Shown here: in pieces, positions 62,037 to 64,000 of the stretch | Layout: each line of letters opens with the position of its first letter | Numbering within the stretch: the stretch's first letter is position 1 | DNA from: Okamejei kenojei | Lineage: Eukaryota | Reading direction: 5' to 3' | Length of the DNA stretch: 64,000 nucleotides | Assembly: GCA_035221665.1 (NCBI GenBank) | Contig: CM069151.1 | Span: 33,914,001 to 33,978,000, forward strand | Translations under genes and position numbers: made by a program | Notes under the pieces: generated by a model | What the model was told of the DNA's origin: nothing | The model's input: the letters and a program-made list of their open reading frames with translations, nothing else | The model's database searches: none

Positions 62037-62371
62037 GTAAATCTTGGCTGGCCTTATGTTGGTGGTGTGAGGATAGGTGGAAAACGTAAAGCCTTGCTAA
62101 TGCAGTTTGAGGGAGGAAGATGGGAGGAATTTTGTGGGAGGGGTATATGTGGCTGTGAGATGAGCTGAGTGGAGAGGGCAAGGTTCGCTGCTCTGAGAGG
62201 GGTCATTTTATCTGGGAAAAGGTATGCTTGCTACGGGGACAGCATTGCACAATCGTGAAGGTGGTGGAAAGGAAGAGGGAATGGTGGGAAGAGAGGACGG
62301 GTTCCAAGAGGAATTGGGAGAAGTGGAAATGGCTGTGGTTGTTGGGTGAACGTTGACTCTGTTCTATCCAG

Positions 62372-62495
62372 GTGTATCAGAGCCAACAAAAGTTATTGAT
62401 AATGGAGATGGAACGCATACTGTTCACTACACCCCAACCACAGATGGTCCCTTCACTGTCTCTGTGAAATATGCAGACCAGGAGGTTCCACGCAG
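62372..62495 (+). CDS. FLNC: Filamin-C exon 26
   Basis: ATCCAG|; [31 protein letters not shown]; |GTGAGC; 124 nt. Confidence 0.94.
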
Positions 62496-63040
62496 GTGAG
62501 CAAGAGCTATAGCGTCTGACTGCATGTTACTGGAGAATCTAGAAAAAGTTAATGCCTAGATTTTGAAGGCATTATTGAAGGTCCCACTAAATTTTGAGAG
62601 ACCAGATGATATAGATTTAAGGCAGACCCAAAGGAAAATCTGGTCTTTTTTTGTGTATCTCATTCTTTACCTTGCGGTTCCCTTGTTTTAATAACTCTGT
62701 GATTCTTCACTATAGAGGGCACCAGGATAATTCTCGCGTGCCCCTACTAAGAATCTATATAAATCTTAATACCTGCATTTAATTCTCTCCCTTTAGAAAT
62801 TAACTCCAGTGCTTCAATTAACTTCATGGTATTAATCAGGGTTGTTACTGTGCCCCCGATCCTTGCATGTTTGTGTGTGTCACTTTATCAAGCACTTTTT
62901 TCCCCCCCAAATATTTATGTGCACATTATCTGCACTTTATCCTTGACAACCCTTTGCCAAGTTCCTGAAAAAAGTCACGCTGCCATTTGAATTAAAACCC
63001 ACTCTTCCAGGAACCAGTTAATTTTATTTTATTTTTGCAG

Positions 63041-63197
63041 TCCCTTCAAGATCAAGGTTCAGCCAACTCATGATGCCAGCAAGGTGCGAGCAAGTGGGCC
63101 AGGACTCAATGCCTCTGGAGTGCCAGCTAGTCTCCCGGTCGAGTTCACGATTGATGCCAGGGATGCTGGCGAAGGGCTGCTCACTGTCCAGATCATT
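63041..63197 (+). CDS. FLNC: Filamin-C exon 27
   Basis: TTGCAG|; [53 protein letters not shown]; |GTAAGT; 157 nt. Confidence 0.95.
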
Positions 63198-63826
63198 GTA
63201 AGTCTGGACCATATCTCCTACACATCTTTATTAATATGCAGTACAACCAGGCCCAGACATTAATGATCTAAGATTGTTTTAAGGAGACATTGACTAATTT
63301 TCAACTCCACCAAATGATGTCCAAGTGACACTGCCTAGTTCCAAGCTGTGATCACATCTGAAAGGAGGTTCTGCATTCTTGGAACAGCTCCTTTGCGTTC
63401 CATTGTTGCGTGGCTGCATTGTTACTGATCTTTGACAAGGTTATGAAGTTCATTGGACAACTCGATACTTAAACAATAGTGCACCTTGTGCTTGCTGAAC
63501 AAATACTTGAGTGTTTATTTAACGGAAGTTTCAATCTATGATCTGTTTGTGCACTCCAAACGTTGTTTATGGTATCACAAGTGCTTGGGCCAAATATTTA
63601 TTTCAACCTATAAACCAGTTGCTCATATATAGAGATGAAGATCTTCTGCTGTAAGGAATGTTAGGATTGTTTGACTTGCTTTAAGCATTGCAGTGGCAAC
63701 TTTAGGTGGCTGAGGGCACTTGGCCATGTCCCATTAGCGTGCATGGGTGTAAATACAGGCAGTCTACGTGAAAGTTGCTGTGGCCCGTCCTGTGCTGTTT
63801 GATGTTAATAATATTGTTCCATTCAG

Positions 63827-64000
63827 GATCCTGAGGGCAAACCAAAGAAGGCAAACATCCGCGATAACGGAGATGGGACGTACACTGTGTTCTATGTCCC
63901 TGATATGACTGGACATTACACCATCACTATCAAGTATGGAGGCGATGAAATCCCCTATTCACCATATCGAATCCATGCCATTCCTACTGGAGATGCCAGC
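63827..64000 (+). CDS. FLNC: Filamin-C exon 28 (partial, truncated by window end)
   Basis: ATTCAG|; [58 protein letters not shown]. Confidence 0.94.

Larger units (their letters stand above)
24414..64000 (+). other. FLNC: Filamin-C gene locus (exons 1-28 partial; continues beyond window)
   Basis: 28 GT-AG exons with compatible phases give a 4902-nt open frame. FLNC-type residues: [54 protein letters not shown]; CCDC136 synteny. Confidence 0.93.

Noticed and set aside
24414-64000. Assignment as FLNA or FLNB
   Set aside because: Diagnostic residues ([43 protein letters not shown]) and CCDC136 adjacency fit FLNC; a phylogeny would settle it.

Overview
Eukaryotic, repeat-rich genomic DNA from a cartilaginous fish, probably a skate or ray (inferred from HE1/V-type SINEs, CR1, Rex1/Babar and Penelope-type repeats). 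The main feature is the 5' part of a + strand filamin-C gene (FLNC): ATG at 24414 in a CpG island, then 27 complete GT-AG exons and part of exon 28. These splice into one open frame of 4902 nt (1634 codons; actin-binding CH1-CH2 domain plus about 14 Ig-like repeats) running off the window end. Upstream, a short exon at 7531-7639 encodes a C-terminal membrane anchor matching CCDC136, the gene that also precedes FLNC in human. The rest is nested retroelements, a CpG-rich hAT-like MITE, a tandem Helitron pair and a degenerate 18-bp satellite. Most notable: (1) a 126-nt symmetric, proline-rich cassette exon in FLNC intron 8 whose donor GTTAGT overlaps an in-frame stop, flanked by PTBP-, RBFOX- and QKI-type motifs; (2) Helitrons inserted 16 nt upstream of exon 23, apparently replacing its branch point; (3) dispersed Penelope-type minimal hammerhead ribozyme motifs, one in tandem; (4) a G-U-biased long hairpin in intron 1. 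Family calls come from recalled motifs, not database searches. Most ORFs in the supplied track are spurious or TE-derived.
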